Assembly: GCA_964016885.1 (NCBI GenBank)
Contig: OZ024740.1
Span: 418,624,001-418,688,000 of the forward strand
Length of the DNA stretch: 64,000 nt
Direction of reading: 5' to 3'
Origin: Eledone cirrhosa
Lineage: Eukaryota
The position numbers were made by a program, and so were the translations under genes. The notes below the pieces were generated by a model. That model had not been told where the DNA came from and searched no databases. It saw nothing but the letters and a program-made list of their open reading frames with translations. Positions 37,469-51,372 of the stretch are shown here, one piece after another. Positions within the stretch are counted from its first letter, which is position 1. Every line of letters starts with the position of its first letter.

Positions 37469-39539
37469 TGTTAGGAACCTTATAAATATATAATACACAA
37501 ACATCTATAATCAAAGAGAAAAACAAAGAAAACATCAATTCAACACTAAGTACGTCAATATATCTTCTTCACCCTCTCTATCCTTCTCTGTAAGGAATCT
37601 GCTACATTCAAACTTGGAGAGGAGATGGGCTCTGCCAGGTTTTAAAATGCCCTAGAAATGTCGTATTGATATACAGCGTCCCTACGACTCCCTCGGGAAT
37701 TACGAGACCATACATACATGTAACATAAGTTTCGGACAGGTAACTTTATTCTGATATTCCACAATGTAAACTGTTTCTATCTACTATTTGCCAACGCAGT
37801 CTCCCCCTCCCTCATCAGCTTCTTCGGATTTTATTTTACTTTAATATTTAAAATCTAACAAGAAAGTCATTGATGTAAAATAGTCGCAAAGATACGAGAA
37901 CTTTCGGTTCATTTGCAGAATATACTAATAAATGCATTCCATATGTGCGTGTGTGCATCGAGTGCTTGTTTTGGTACCTCCATCAGAAATTCACTGAATC
38001 ACACAATCACACAATATATATAAGGTGTGTGTCTGTGTGTACTTAAACACATATTCAGACATACATTACTTTACACATACGTGTAGACCCACTCACACAC
38101 ACACATACTTATTTGCAAACAACACTTGCTTAATATATCCATGTGCTAAGACAGGACCAGGAAGAGTTAAGAAAATGACTTTTAAACAATATCCGTTAGT
38201 CTGTGAAAGAAAGCAAATGTTTTAATTTCAGCTCGTAATTTGATTTATTTTAATTTTAAAAAGAAGTCAATTTTACTGATTAATATTACGTTTAGAAGTT
38301 TCTTTTCGGTTTCATTGTTGACCAAATAACAATATTACAAAATTGAAAACCTGTTGTGTATGTAACAACTTAATTTTGACTGTATTATTCTGGATGATTT
38401 GAAGATTAATTAATTTGAGGTATAACAAACTCGAAAGGCGTGTTGTTCATTTAAATAAAATTAGTTATTACTGTGTGGAAAGTAGATATTGATATAACAC
38501 CGCATAATAAAAAGTAGCAGTCGTTATTACGAATGTCTGGAGATAACAGGGTGGTAGAAACATGAAGTAAACTATATGGAGTTAGATTAGATGCATGAAC
38601 AGCACTAATTCTGTGCCTAATGATGTATGTATGGACCCAAAACACATGTTGGAGTCGTAGGGGTACTGTAGACCGCGTTTCTAGGGCATTTTTAGAAACC
38701 TGGCGGAGTCCATCTCCTCGCCATCCTGTTGCAATATACAGCAGATTTCCTCCAAGGAAGAAAAGAAAGTGAAAGAATGGAAGTGAGAAAGAGATATAGA
38801 GAAAGAATTGACTCAGTACTTAACTGGTACATTTTTTTATAGACCTCGAAAAGATGAAAGGCAAAGTTGACCGCGGTGTGATTTGAACCCAGAGAAAAGA
38901 GAGTCAACATAAATACCACAAAACATTCTATACGAATCTGTAACGACTTTCATATAGATTGATACAGAACTCAAACAATTTTAAAATTAAATTTACCCCT
39001 AACACATGGAAGTCGTAAAAACATGGGCTAAATAAAGTGGAATTTGGTGTTGTTTCCACTGTTCCATAACGAGTACCTTTATTACAATGATAATTGCAAT
39101 ATTTATTGCTTACAACGACACAAAGACAACAATATTAGAAAGATAAAACTATAAACAGCTCTAATAATGAATTAGACTTCAGATGTAAAAACCGATTCGC
39201 ACAATCTATAAACGGTGATAATTCTATAATGTAAATAACAGGAAACTAAAAAAATATATACTTCCATATATATATGTAGCTTTTGAAAAAATAATACTAT
39301 TGTTCCACAATAACTGCATTACCACAGTACATCATACCAAAACAAATATGCAAACAGTAAAAATATACAAACAAACCTGACGAGAAAAACAAGACATCTT
39401 CGTGTTACACATTCTCTTTTATTTATCAACTGAAGTCACTTAGAATTATCCCCCTTGGCAAGCTATAGCTTTAAACGTTCCTCTGTTAATTTACGTTTAC
39501 TAGATAACCAACAACGACTAAAAGACTACACAATATTAC

Positions 39540-39795
39540 AACTCAAATCCCGCCGAGATTAACTTTGCCTTTCATCCTTACGGGGGTCGGTAAAATAAAG
39601 CACCAGTAATGTACTGGATAGATTTAATCGACTTCCCCTCCCCCCAAATGACTGGCCTTCTACCTATACTAGAAATCATGAGTTCAAATCCCGCCGAGGT
39701 TAACTTTGCCTTTCATCCTTACGGGGTCGATAAAATAAAGTACCAGTAATACACTGTGTAATTGCTGGCCTTGTGCCAAAAGTAGAAACAATTAT
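39540..39795 (+). mobile_element. Two tandem 5'-truncated family A SINEs
   Basis: The B-box plus core occurs twice. Confidence 0.75.
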
Positions 39796-42700
39796 TACAA
39801 CTGAAATCTACTTCCAGTTTAAATGGACTGTTTATTGCTGTTGTTATATTTTAAAACAAAATATGGAAAGCAGGTTGGCCATTTTGCAGAGTCTTGCGAT
39901 TTTGAGGGTGCCTCTCGCCTTAAGTTCTTTTATAAATACAAAAGCCGTCTGAAAAGTTCATAGGATGACCAAATGAGGTTTATTTTTCAACATAGTCCCT
40001 GGAAAGAAACAGTGCAGTTATTAATAAGAAGAGTTGAAATTAATGCATACAAGATTGCACAGCTCTCTCATCACTCCTTCATAGTCAGTCTATGAACTTT
40101 TCAGCCTATCCTCATATAGGATTACGTTATCCATATTCCTCCCTTTTTCAAGATAGTAGGCTGTAAACTCATGGAAATTTTACTATTTTTAGCAGATTCA
40201 AAACAGCAAATGACCATTTACTGAAACATGCCCGATATAGACATGCAATCTTCATTGATGATAAATTATATATAACCATTTACTTTATGTTTAGAATTAC
40301 TCCTGCTGTGAGATTCACTATGCATTAAAAACCAAGTTGTTTGCTTACAGGAGCTAACCATGAACTGCCAGATATCAATCCTGTTGCAATACCATAACTC
40401 TTTAAATTCCACTGGGTGTTATTTGAATCTCCATACACTATTTAGCCTGCTACATTAGCTGTGTATATATGCCTTTATTTTTTGTAAAAAATAGTATTAT
40501 CCACGATTTTTTTGGGGTTTTTTTTTTAGTTTGTCTTTACAGAGCACCCCCCCTTCCTCACATCACTGCTAAAATTGCTGCAATAAATGTTCTGCATAAA
40601 TGATTGCAAGTGGTGGTGGGGATTGGGTATAGAGATTAGTGTGAGGTTGGAGCAATTGAACACAATATGGGAGATGAGAGGAGTGACAAGATCTACGAGC
40701 AGAGGATATTGTATTAGCAATAGAAAAGGTAAAGGACCTGCTCGTTTGTGGACCAGAAGCTGGATGTATTTGTGAGTGACTTATGTCACTCAGTCAAGTG
40801 ACCTTTCTATAGATTTAGTCCAAGTCTGTGTGTTGCAGCAAAACCATCCCACGTATGGAAGCATTACTCTGTTATGAAGTATTTTCTTGCTCTGAAGAGA
40901 AAAGCCAGTCTTTGTAGTTTTTGCTGAGATGTTTGTAATGGATGTGACATTGTGGTATGTCATATTTATATCTTCTCCAGGACAGAATGTCATACATGCT
41001 TGTAAATAACAAAAGTTAAAGATTTTTTATACCTGCTCATCATTTTACACCTGCTTTCCATGCTAGCATGGGTTGGACAAATCGTCACAATCAAAGTCAG
41101 TTCTTATTCAAAATTACTGTCTTACTTGTACCTTCCATTTCTGACACAATTTTGGTTCTGATTAAGAATTATAAAATACATTCCATCCATTGTTTCTTAA
41201 GGTGTAATGTATTTTTAACAATATGCAATGCCTTTACTTTCTTAAAGATGGTGGGATATGATTTAAGGGAGATTTGTCTGCTATTTCTAACAGGTCAAGC
41301 AACTATGTACAAGTTTCCTCATTGACTTCTGTGATAATAAGTAGAGATGAATCTGATCCCTAGAATACTGATTTTGAATTATGAAATAGAATGGATATAA
41401 TAGAGTAAAGACCCCCCCCCCCCCACATTTGGCCAGGAATGACCATGAGATTTTCACCTAGAAAGTTCCCCCTATGAGGCACAAGTCTGGGCAAGGTTGT
41501 TTGTGAAGACCAACAGCCACCCATACATACCAGTCGCCCCCTCCACACCACAGATGTTCAATGGGAAAGCTGATACAGATTGGCACCACTGACATCGCAA
41601 CTCATTTCTACAGCTGAATGAACTGCAGCAACGTGAAATATAATGTCTTGCTTAAGAACACAACACATAACCCAGTCTGAAAATCAAACACACAACTTCC
41701 CAAATGTGAATCTGACACTAACTAAAAAGCCATCAGTCATATATATGATGAGGTGAGGGCTTAAAAATTAGGATGAAGAAATTAAGAATAAATTTTGTGG
41801 CATCAATCTACAACTATAATTCATCAGAAGCATGCTATTAATCCTGATATTTTCAGCATAACCTAAACAACATACATGCCTCATCCAACCACAAAATAAA
41901 AAATCATGTTCAATTTATTTCATTTTGGCACTGTAAAATTTTCTGCTGGTAACAATATCTTTAGCCCAGTAAAACAGATTCTAGTCTGAATTCTATGAAA
42001 TCTGACTATCTTGCCCTAGATTATGGCTTTCACTCAATTATCTTTAATACTTGGTCTAAAGCTGTGACAAACCTAACAAGTTGGCAATGGATAATAAAAC
42101 CTGCTAACAAAACAAACAGAAGGCCTCGTTCTGGACTGACAGGCCATAGGTTTATCTGGTGTCAGATGAAGAGCTGTATTTATTTGTCTCTTATACATCA
42201 GTATCACTTTTGTAACTTTAGTAAAAGTGTGATTTGTGAAGTAATACAAATTACCTCTTTATGTACCAATGTTTTAATACAAAGAAAGTTATTGTTTAGC
42301 ACCAAATGCTCTTTTCTTGGATGCATAAGTCTTCCCTCTCACACACACACATAATGTCAACTCTTTTTACTGGAATATCACAAACATACTATACCAAATT
42401 GTGTTTTCAGCTTTTCTCACGAAATAATATTTAGTAACTTTTAGCTTAATTTTTTTTTTTTTAACTATCAACAAGATCCCAGATCTCATTCACTCACCAA
42501 GTGGGCTGGAACTCATTAAATTGGACCAAGGAAACAATATCTCCATTGGTCTTTCCATTACTTATACTATCTACCAGTCAACTCCTGGCAGGCAATATGA
42601 AATAAAGTGTCTTGCTTAAGGACATAATGCATTGCCCAATCCAGGAATTGAACTTGCAACCTCATGATTGCAAATAACCACTAAGCCAAGCTTCCTCATA

Positions 42701-43089
42701 TTCAGCCAACAATTTAGACTGCTAAGGTGTTTTACATTTGAGTCTTATGATTAAAATCTATAAATCATTATGTTCTTACAGAAATCTTATAAACAATCTG
42801 AAAGTGACAAACACAAAAACAAAACCTCATAAATATAATAAATATGAAAAAAGTTATTAAAGTCTGTGGAAATCAATCACATTTAACAAATATAATCAAC
42901 AGAAAACAAAAACTGTTAAATGTGTGTCTCTGTGTATATATCATGACTCATACACTGTTCCCTTTCTTGATATTTGTACATTATTCTATGTACTATACAT
43001 GCATTTTAATGAGTTAATCATTTTCATTATTATTATTAAACAATGGAAATAACAAGACAGCAATAATTATTGTTTTGTTGAGAAATTAC

Positions 43090-43095
43090 TTTATT
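43090..43095 (-). promoter_or_regulatory. Candidate ADSL polyadenylation signal AATAAA
   Basis: First AATAAA on the minus strand, about 80 nt after the stop. Confidence 0.5.
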
Positions 43096-43173
43096 AGTTT
43101 AAAATGTTGATAATCTGAGGCTTTTTTCAATGATTATTTCCAAACTTGACAAACTACTTTTAGAAGTATTTGT

Positions 43174-43260
43174 TTAAACATTCAAAACCACGCTCCCTTC
43201 CATTGTAGAAGAATAGGGTTTCAAGGCAGGTTCAACCTCTGTTGTAATAAATTTCGTAAC
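43174..43260 (-). CDS. ADSL: ADSL exon 13 (last)
   Basis: 87 bp, VTKFITTEVEPALKPYSSTMEGSVVLNV*. Confidence 0.92.
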   Translation of the reverse strand, partial: VTKFITTEVEPALKPYSSTMEGSVVLNV

Positions 43261-44055
43261 CTGTAAAATAAAATGAAAAAATATATATTCTAAAAAGCCA
43301 ATATATTTTGAATAAAAACAAAAAGCAAAGAAAAGTGATAATGAAAGATTAAAGTCAGAGAATTAATAAAAGATGTTTATATAGAGACAATGTTTCAGTT
43401 TTATATCTGTGAAGGTGCGTGGCTTAGTGGTTAGAGAGTTGGATTCGCAATTAGGTTACAAGTTCAATTCTTGGACCAGGTGACGCATTGTGCTCTTTAA
43501 GTAAGACACTTTATTTCATGTTGCGACTGGTAGAAAGTAACATTGTTCCCTTTGACAGGGTCCACTTGACAAGCAAATGAGGTCTGGGATCTTGTCAATC
43601 AATCAGAGTGATATCTGTTTTAGTTATACAGACAGGATGTTTCAGTTTTATATCTGTTTCACAGCGTTAAAAAAGAATCATCAACCTGGTTCAGTCAGCA
43701 AGTAATTATTTACATGGTTATTTGAATACTAGAAATAACAGGCAAATCTTTTCATTGTCGGAGAAAATGAAGGACACCTTTGATAATGTAATCCAAAGTG
43801 CCCTTGCAAAAAGTGATAAAGATATATAGAGAAAGAATCGACCCCAGTACTTGACTGGTACTTTTTTTATCAACCTTAAATGAATAAGAGGCAAAGTTTA
43901 CCTTGGCAGAATTTGAACTCAGAGAGCCAGAACAAAGACTGCAAAGCATTATATCATGAAATATGTTTACTCAACAAGGAAGGAGACTCATGAGTGAGAT
44001 GACAAAAAAATCATGATAAATGGTGATAATGTGTCATCATTATCATCATCATTTT

Positions 44056-44243
44056 GGCGGTGGATTGGCAGTATCGGTAGATGGTCGGACGCCATGCTTT
44101 GCAGCATAGAGTTACGGCTCTTTACAGTCTACGTTCAATTCCTGCCGAGGTCAACTTTGCCTTCATCCTTATGGGGTCGATAAAATAAAGTACCAGTAAT
44201 GCACTGGGTAATTGCTGGCCTTGTGCCAAATATAGAAACAATT
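44056..44243 (+). mobile_element. tRNA-derived SINE, family A, with 17-bp TSD
   Basis: TSD ATTATCATCATCATTTT on both sides. Confidence 0.87.
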
Positions 44244-44409
44244 ATCATCATCATTTTTATGTTTCTTTTTCCACTTGTATATTAGACTATTCCAATTCAT
44301 GCTTACATAATAATTAAGGAAGACAACAACAACAATAACACATTAAAATGACAATGAAAAATATTTTTTTAATGAAATGGTAGTTTTCAAAATCCTTTTG
44401 TCTGTTTAC

Positions 44410-44586
44410 CTGGTTCGGTGCTCTTCCAATGAAATTTGTAGGTTTGAAAAGATCATCCAGTTGATTTTTGATTGGCTCAAAATATTTACAGTTCTGAATC
44501 CTTTCCACAAGGTCATTGTCCTTGCCTTCATGTTTTATACGATGTCCAGCCTCATGTGACAAAACTCGAATCTGTTCGTGACAATC
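44410..44586 (-). CDS. ADSL: ADSL exon 12
   Basis: 177 bp, DCHEQIRVLSHEAG...NDLVERIQ...FIGRAPNQ. Confidence 0.96.
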
Positions 44587-45057
44587 CTACAAACATCAAT
44601 GAAAAAAAATGTTTAAAAAATGTCTTTTTCCTTTCTGCCACTGCCCACTCTAGTCTATCTATCTATTTCTTCTTTAATTTTTCATTCTATTTTCTGATGA
44701 AGGACTAGCGTCTGAAACATTAAGACTATTTTCTTACTATATCAAGCATGAAACTAATAATATATTTCTTCATTGTACTGTGTTGTTTGCTTTGTTTCTG
44801 TTCGTCTTTTGCATACATATATATATAAATTGTTGTTTTTCAATAATATCACTGGGATGAACAATTAAGCAAGGGACAGATGAAAAACGAAGTTTGCCTC
44901 TGTTCTTTTATCATTGTCCATGTATAATCACACTATATATAGAGAGAGAAAGAGAGATATAACCAACAATTTATAAACTGAATTAAGTCAAGATTTCTGA
45001 ACATATTTATTTACATAACCATAAATAATTAACTGTTTATATTTGATAATAGAAATG

Positions 45058-45258
45058 TATGATGGTAAGTTGAAAAGTTCATAGGTTGACTATGAAGGAG
45101 TGATGCTAGAGCTGTGAAATCTTGCATGCATTAATTTCAACTCTTCTTATTAATAACTGCATTGTTGCTTTCCAAGGACTATGTTGAAAAATAAACCTCA
45201 TTTGGTCATTCCATGAGAGTGTCTTAGTCAGCCTATGAACTTTTCAACTGACCCTCAT
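45058..45258. mobile_element. Mariner-like MITE
   Basis: TIRs TTGAAAAGTTCATAGGYTGAC, TA flanked. Further copies at about 39944-40115 and 51484-51680. Confidence 0.78.
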
Positions 45259-45320
45259 ATTAACTATCATTTCAATTTGTGAAAAAATAAATAAAGTCAA
45301 AATTCTTTCAGTTTTCTCAC

Positions 45321-45410
45321 CTGCCGATTTCCACCTGCTTTCACCATAGCCATGATTATATTTTCAGTTGCCATGAAAGGAAGTTCTTGATCAATTCTTT
45401 TGTGTATGAT
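45321..45410 (-). CDS. ADSL: ADSL exon 11
   Basis: 90 bp, [30 protein letters not shown]. Confidence 0.97.
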
Positions 45411-45884
45411 CTGAAGAGAGGGAAAATAATGTTATACCTTTTTATTTAATTGCAGTGTTATTTTGTTCTCTGTTGCTGTATCATCATCGCCGTTTTACGT
45501 CCGTTCTTCCACACTAGCATGGGTTAGACGGGTTGTCCTGTTGTGGGAAGTGTCTGGTCGGTTGACCTTGCCTTGTTCATATGGGAACTGATTCTGGCTT
45601 GATTTCTACAGCTGGATGCCCTTCCTAACACCAACCTCATTTACAGTGAGTGCTGGGTGCTTTTTTGCCGTGGCACCTCCACGACCACTTTGCAGTGGAA
45701 TTATAGGGACCCCAGTCCCTATCATCTCATTTCTACAGCTGAGTAAACTGGAGCAATGTGAAATAAAGTGTCTTGCTCAAGGAAACAACACATCACCCAT
45801 GTATGTCAGATAATGGGGAGACATTATGAGAGGTGGCAGTCAGACCTGTCAATCTGATGTCAGCATGGAAAGATACTGACTTAA

Positions 45885-46445
45885 GATGATGATGGGTGGT
45901 GGTGATGATGGTGATGGTGGTGATGATGGTGGTGGTGGTGGTGGTGATGATGATGGTGGTGGTGGTGGTGGTGGTGATGGTGGTGGTGGTGATGATGGTG
46001 ATGGTGGTGATGATGGTGATGGTGGTGATGATGGTGATGGTGGTGATGATGATGGTGGTGATGATGGTGATGGTGGTGGTGATGAAGGTGGTGATGACAA
46101 TGATGATGGTGGTGGTGGTGGTGATGATGGTGATGGTGGTGATGGTGGTGATGATGGTGATGGTGGTGATGATGGTGGTGGTGGTGGTGATGATGGTGGT
46201 GGTGATGATGGTGGTGGTGGTGATGATGGTGATGATGATGGTGGTGGTGGTGGTGATGATGGTGATGGTGGTGATGATGGTGATGGTGGTGGTGATGATG
46301 GTGGTGGTGATGATGGTGGTGGTGATGATGGTGGTGGTGATGAAGGTGGTGATGACAATGATGATGGTGGTGGTGACGACGATGGTGGTGGTGGTTATAA
46401 TGATGCTGATGGTGATGATGATGTTGATGGTGATGATGATAATGA
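45885..46445. repeat. Compound (GGT)/(GAT) trinucleotide array
   Basis: Read directly from the sequence; the ORFs here are artefacts. Confidence 0.96.
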
Positions 46446-46574
46446 TTGTTATAATGGATGTGTTACTACATGAAGGTTTAACATTCAGCACTGTTCCTAT
46501 AGCAATACCACAACTGATGTTAAAACAATAGCAATGATGACATCAAAACAGAGAATATAGGAAACAAAGTTGTA

Positions 46575-48130
46575 ATACATAAGATATACATAAGATATAC
46601 ATAAGATATATATAAGATATACATAAGATATACATAAGATATACATAAGATATACATAAGATATACATAAGATATACATAAGATATATATAAGATATACA
46701 TAAGATGTACATAGGGATATATATAAGATATACATAAGATATAAGATATATATAAGATATACATAAGATATACATAAGATATATATAAGATATACATGAG
46801 ATATACATAAGATATATATAAGATATACATAAGATATATATAAGATATATATAAGATATACATAAGATATATATAAGATATATATAAGATATACATAAGA
46901 TATAAGATATATATAAGATATACATAAGATATACATGAGATATACATAAGATATACATAAGATATATATAAGATATATATAAGATATATATAAGATATAC
47001 ATAAAATATATATAAGATATACATAAGATATAAGATATACATAAGATATATATAAGATATACATAAGATATATATAAGATATACATAAGATATACATAAG
47101 ATATATATAAGATATACATAAGTTATATATAAGATATACATAAGATATATATAAGATATAAGATATACATAAGATATATATAAGATATGTATATCTCATA
47201 TATATCTTATGTATATCTTATATATATCTTATGTATATCTTATATCATATATATCTTATGTATATCTTATATATATCTCATATATATCTTATGTATAAGA
47301 TATATATAAGATATACATAAGATATAAGATATACATAAGATATACATAGGATATACATAAGAGAAATATAAAATATATATAAGATATACATAAGATATAT
47401 ATAAGATATAAGATATACATAAGTAGGCACATGGCTTAGTGGTTAGAGCATTGGCCTTGCAATCGAAAGGTTGTGAGTTCAATTCTCAGACCGGGTGATG
47501 TGTTGTTTCCTTGAGCAAGACACTTTATTTCACATTGCTCCAGTTTACTCAGCTGTAGAAATGAGATATAAAGTGGTCGTGGAGGTGCCACGGCAAAAAA
47601 GCACTGTAAATGAGGTTGGTGTTAGGAAGGGCATCCAGCTGTAGAAATCAAGCCAAAATCAGTTCCCGTCCCACCCTTGCAAGCAGGGAAAAAGCAGACG
47701 TAAAATGAAATGAAATGAATACATGAGATATCTTGTGTATATCTTATATATATCTTATGTATATCATATATATCGTATATAAGATATATATAAGATAAGA
47801 TATATATAAGATATAAGATATACATAAGATATATATAAGAATATAAGATATATATATATCTTATGTATATCTTATATTCTTATGTATATCTTATATACGA
47901 TATACATAAGATATATATAAGATATACACAAGATATACACAAGATATACATAAGATATACATAAGATATACATAAGATATACATAAGATATACATAAGAT
48001 ATATATAAGATATACATAAGATATACATAAGATATATATAAGATATATATAAGATATACATAAGATATATATAAGGTATACATAAGATATACATAAGGTA
48101 TACATAAGATATACATAAGATATATATAAA
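46575..48130. repeat. 11-bp minisatellite ATATAYATAAG with inverted blocks, interrupted by a SINE
   Basis: Tandem units, with reverse-orientation blocks at about 47190-47297, 47730-47770 and 47855-47895. Confidence 0.95.
47425..47710 (+). mobile_element. Composite SINE: tRNA head, CORE-like body, RTE 3' tail
   Basis: A-box TGGCTTAGTGG, B-box GAGTTCAATTC, body CCTTGAGCAAGACAC, then RTE tail GTTAGGAAGGGCATCCAGCTGTAG. Copies at 52000-52326 (-) and 45480-45797 (-, truncated). Confidence 0.8.
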
Positions 48131-48226
48131 ATATGACGTCTGGAAAAAATATTGGACTTTATTTTTGTTTTGGTGGTAAATAATGACATTAGGGAGATAA
48201 AAATGAGCAGAGTGGAGCCACATACA

Positions 48227-48456
48227 CAGGACCAGGTTTAGACCTTGGGGGCCTGGGGCAGTTCAGGTGGGCCCCTCATATAACAACATATGCATGCACA
48301 CACACACACACATATATATATCTACACATAAACAGGGAGAGAGAGAGGAGCCCCTGATTGGAGAGAGTGTGTGTGGAGGGTGGGGGGTGAGCTCTGTTTG
48401 ATGAGGTGGGGGCCTAGGGCATTTGTATCCATCACCCCCTGATAAATCCAGCCCTG
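48227..48456. mobile_element. hAT-like MITE
   Basis: TIRs CAGGACCAGGTTTA / TAAATCCAGCCCTG with an 8-bp TSD CACATACA. A partial relative lies at about 11304-11400. Confidence 0.8.
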
Positions 48457-48632
48457 CACATACACCCTTGTTAGCTCAGAAAACAGATGTTAAATGAGGA
48501 TGATGATTGATACATACACACACATACCTCCATACATGCATACATGTGTGTGTATATATATATATAATAAGCTGAATTCATAAATACAATAACAAGTTTA
48601 ATAAATACAATGAGATTATGCAAAATACTTAC

Positions 48633-48723
48633 CTTTGGATAAACGACTAACCCTTCAAAGACATTCTGCATGGTACTTAGTAAAACATCAGCAGTTAAAA
48701 AGGATTCTGGAAGGCTCAATCGC
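48633..48723 (-). CDS. ADSL: ADSL exon 10
   Basis: 91 bp, [30 protein letters not shown]. Confidence 0.96.
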
Positions 48724-49034
48724 CTGAAGAGAAAATAATATATTGTAATATTCAAACAATTTTTGTTTGAACATTCCAGCCTATACAAGGATAAAAAAAA
48801 ACAGACATAACACGTGATGATGGTGATGATGATGATACACATACACATATATATATATATATATATAAATACAGACACATACATGAAGAGAGGGGGAGAG
48901 ATAATGAGAGTGAGAGACGAACACAAAGAATACTTTCTCTTAAGCGAAACATCAGATCTTGAAGTGAGATGAGTTTAATACAAGTTTCTTGCCAGAGAGA
49001 GATAAGGGCAGTTAGAATAAAAGGAAATACATAT

Positions 49035-49402
49035 TTAAAAAACAATCGAAGAGTCCTTGGAGTAACGTTACTCGATAGAGTGTGTAGCTTGGAGATCAGA
49101 GTCACTCCAGGTAGAGCCCCCTACTCTCACCAAATTAAGAGATCACAGCTCCGATACTATAAGCATGTGGTTAGAATATCTCAGGAAAGAATCACTGGAC
49201 AGATTTTACTGGCAAAACTGACCAGCCGGAGACCCAGAGGCAGATCCCAAGCAAAATAGTTGGATCACATCCACAAATTTAGCTGATCACTCTTGGGGAT
49301 CCTGTCGGATCAGGTGGAGATGGTTGCTTCTGACAAGACCCACTGGAGGGAGTGTTTGAAGACTGCCTCCATGACTCTCTCAGGAATAAGTGAGCGAAGA
49401 AG
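49035..49402 (+). mobile_element. RTE-like LINE 3' fragment
   Basis: RVLGVTLLDRV...SQLRYYKHVVR...RRPRGR, followed by stops. Confidence 0.7.
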
Positions 49403-49431
49403 CACAAAAAAGAAAAAGAAAATCTACTAAC

Positions 49432-49579
49432 CTATTTGCACTGTCATCTAAAGTTCTTTCCATCCATTGAACTGAAGCTGTCATTAAGGCATTTGGAAGG
49501 AGAGCCATTAAATGGCGAGATAAAGCGCAACATCTTTCACTTCTCATTGGATTTCGTTTATAAGGCATTGCACTAGATC
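49432..49579 (-). CDS. ADSL: ADSL exon 9 (catalytic loop)
   Basis: 148 bp, with the fumarase/ASL family signature [15 protein letters not shown] and [13 protein letters not shown]. Confidence 0.98.
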
Positions 49580-49628
49580 CTGCAGTAAAACAATGAACAG
49601 AACCAGATATATGAACTGGGGTTGATAT

Positions 49629-50379
49629 TTTAGCGAAGATACTGGGTTGTATGAATGTAACAAGGAATACATTGTTTGTGTGTATAATATTTAATTAACA
49701 ATGGTAGATAGTATAGTTGACATGTCAAAGAAATAGATGATAGAATGAAACAAAGTTAGTAGTTACCGTTTTGATTGCCAGGCAAACGCGGCTGGCAGAA
49801 GACGCCTGGCAAAAGCCAGGTGCCGGAAGGCAAATGAGAGAGTGAGAACTTAAAGTTGTTAGTTTTATAGGGTTCTGACCGGAAGTTACAGAAAGGGTTC
49901 TACTTCCCGTCTAGATGTTAATCCAAACAAGGGAGACAACCGCTACATAACCTCCCGCCAGAATTTTAGTGTATAAAAATCGAAATGAAAATATGTAGCA
50001 AGTTGGCGAGAATGTTGTAACAGGCATGAAAATTACGACAAAAGAATGTTTGCAAAAATCAATGATAGATATCAAGGTAGCCAACCGCTCTTGGCCAGAG
50101 AACGACTGGACATCCATCTATCCACCACCCAAAGATACAATGTAATAAAGTAAGTGAAGAGCTCAAAGTTCAAATGTACAAAATATAGTTCACAGGTGTG
50201 CAATCACATGACAGCAGGAAAGAAAGTGTGTTCCAGAGAATGAATGCAGGTGGTTTCTGTTCTGTGGTATATCGTTAAATTTCCAACCTCCGAATGGATT
50301 TTCTCACAGGAAGAGTGCTGCAAAAATAAATTCTCTGGCTTTGGTTGTTGGTGAAGCTGTGTTGATTTTTTGCTGCTGC

Positions 50380-50412
<33 letters not shown>

Positions 50413-51372
50413 CTCGCTGAGTGAGCGTATTCGGTGTTTAAATTCACAGTAAAAAAATTTTTTTTAGAAAAAATGAGTTGCGCAATGTGCTAGAAATAGC
50501 AGCCGAAGTTGATGGTCGATGTTGAGAATGCGTTGACCTGGAAGGGTCAAGAGGCCAGCGACCAGAGAAATAAGCATTCTTAATAAATGCGCGGTCATCA
50601 ACGGTAAATTTACATTGTAAATTTATAAACCGGCAAATAGAAGAATATAGCTTAAGGCTGAAGAATCCTTGGCGAGAAATGTTATCTCTGGCGTGCGGCT
50701 ATCTCTGTGAGTCGAGGATTTGTGCTGCCTACACATGCCAATATAAGGTTGAAAAAATAATATTTCTAACGCGCGAGAAAATGATAGTGCAATTTTGAAA
50801 GTGACAATGATGAAAAAGAAAGGCTTCACTCAGCATAATTATTGGTGTGAACTTTGGAAAAAAAAACTTGAACGATGAAGAAAACGATGAAGAAAAAGGC
50901 AATGGTTCATCGAAAATAAATGTTCCTGTTGAAATGTTTTTTAAAGAATATCAAATTTCTTTTTTTTTTTTTTTTTTTGAAAGAAACGAGAAACATATAT
51001 ATATATCGGTGAAATGCGACAGTTAGCGAGATACTGGGTAGTATGAATGTAACAAGGAATACATTGTTTGTGTGTATAATATTTAATTAACAATGGTAGA
51101 TAGTATAGTTGGCATGTCAAAGAAATAGATGATAGAATGAAGCAAAGTTAGTAGTTACCGTTTTGATTGCCAGGCAAACGCGGCTGGCAGAAGACGCCTG
51201 GCAAAAGCCAGGTGCCGGAAGGCAAATGAGAGGCTCTTGGCCTGGTGCCGAAAAGGCAATGAGAGAGTGAGAACTTAAAGTTGTTAGTTTTATAGGGTTC
51301 TGACCGGAAGTTACAGAAAGGGTTCTACTTCCCGTCTAGATGTTAATCCAAACAAGGGAGACAACCGCTACA
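49629..51372 (-). mobile_element. Non-autonomous LTR retroelement (two near-identical LTRs, about 1.07-kb non-coding interior)
   Basis: Direct repeats 49629-49947 and about 51022-51372 start TGTAGCGG on the minus strand. PPT GGCGGGAGGTTA precedes the 3' LTR, a PBS-like TGTCGCA follows the 5' LTR, and ATAT flanks both ends. Confidence 0.85.

Noticed and set aside
37770-37825. CTGATGA...GAAAC on the minus strand
   Set aside because: No pairable helix II or helix I.
39370-39540. Possible non-coding first exon or promoter of CDK10 (CAG|GTTTGT donor, more CpG)
   Set aside because: Plausible, but too weak without transcript data.
47425-47495. tRNA-like sequences here and in other SINE heads
   Set aside because: A and B boxes are present, but the cloverleaf is incomplete and each is followed by a SINE body.
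45793-48223. Gly/Asp-, Ser/Pro-, Thr/Ile- and Tyr/Ile-rich ORFs
   Set aside because: Microsatellite and minisatellite translations inside ADSL intron 10.
50300-50460. Poly-Gln frame inside the LTR element as a gag remnant
   Set aside because: Short, bounded by stops, and without a zinc knuckle or other recognisable motif.
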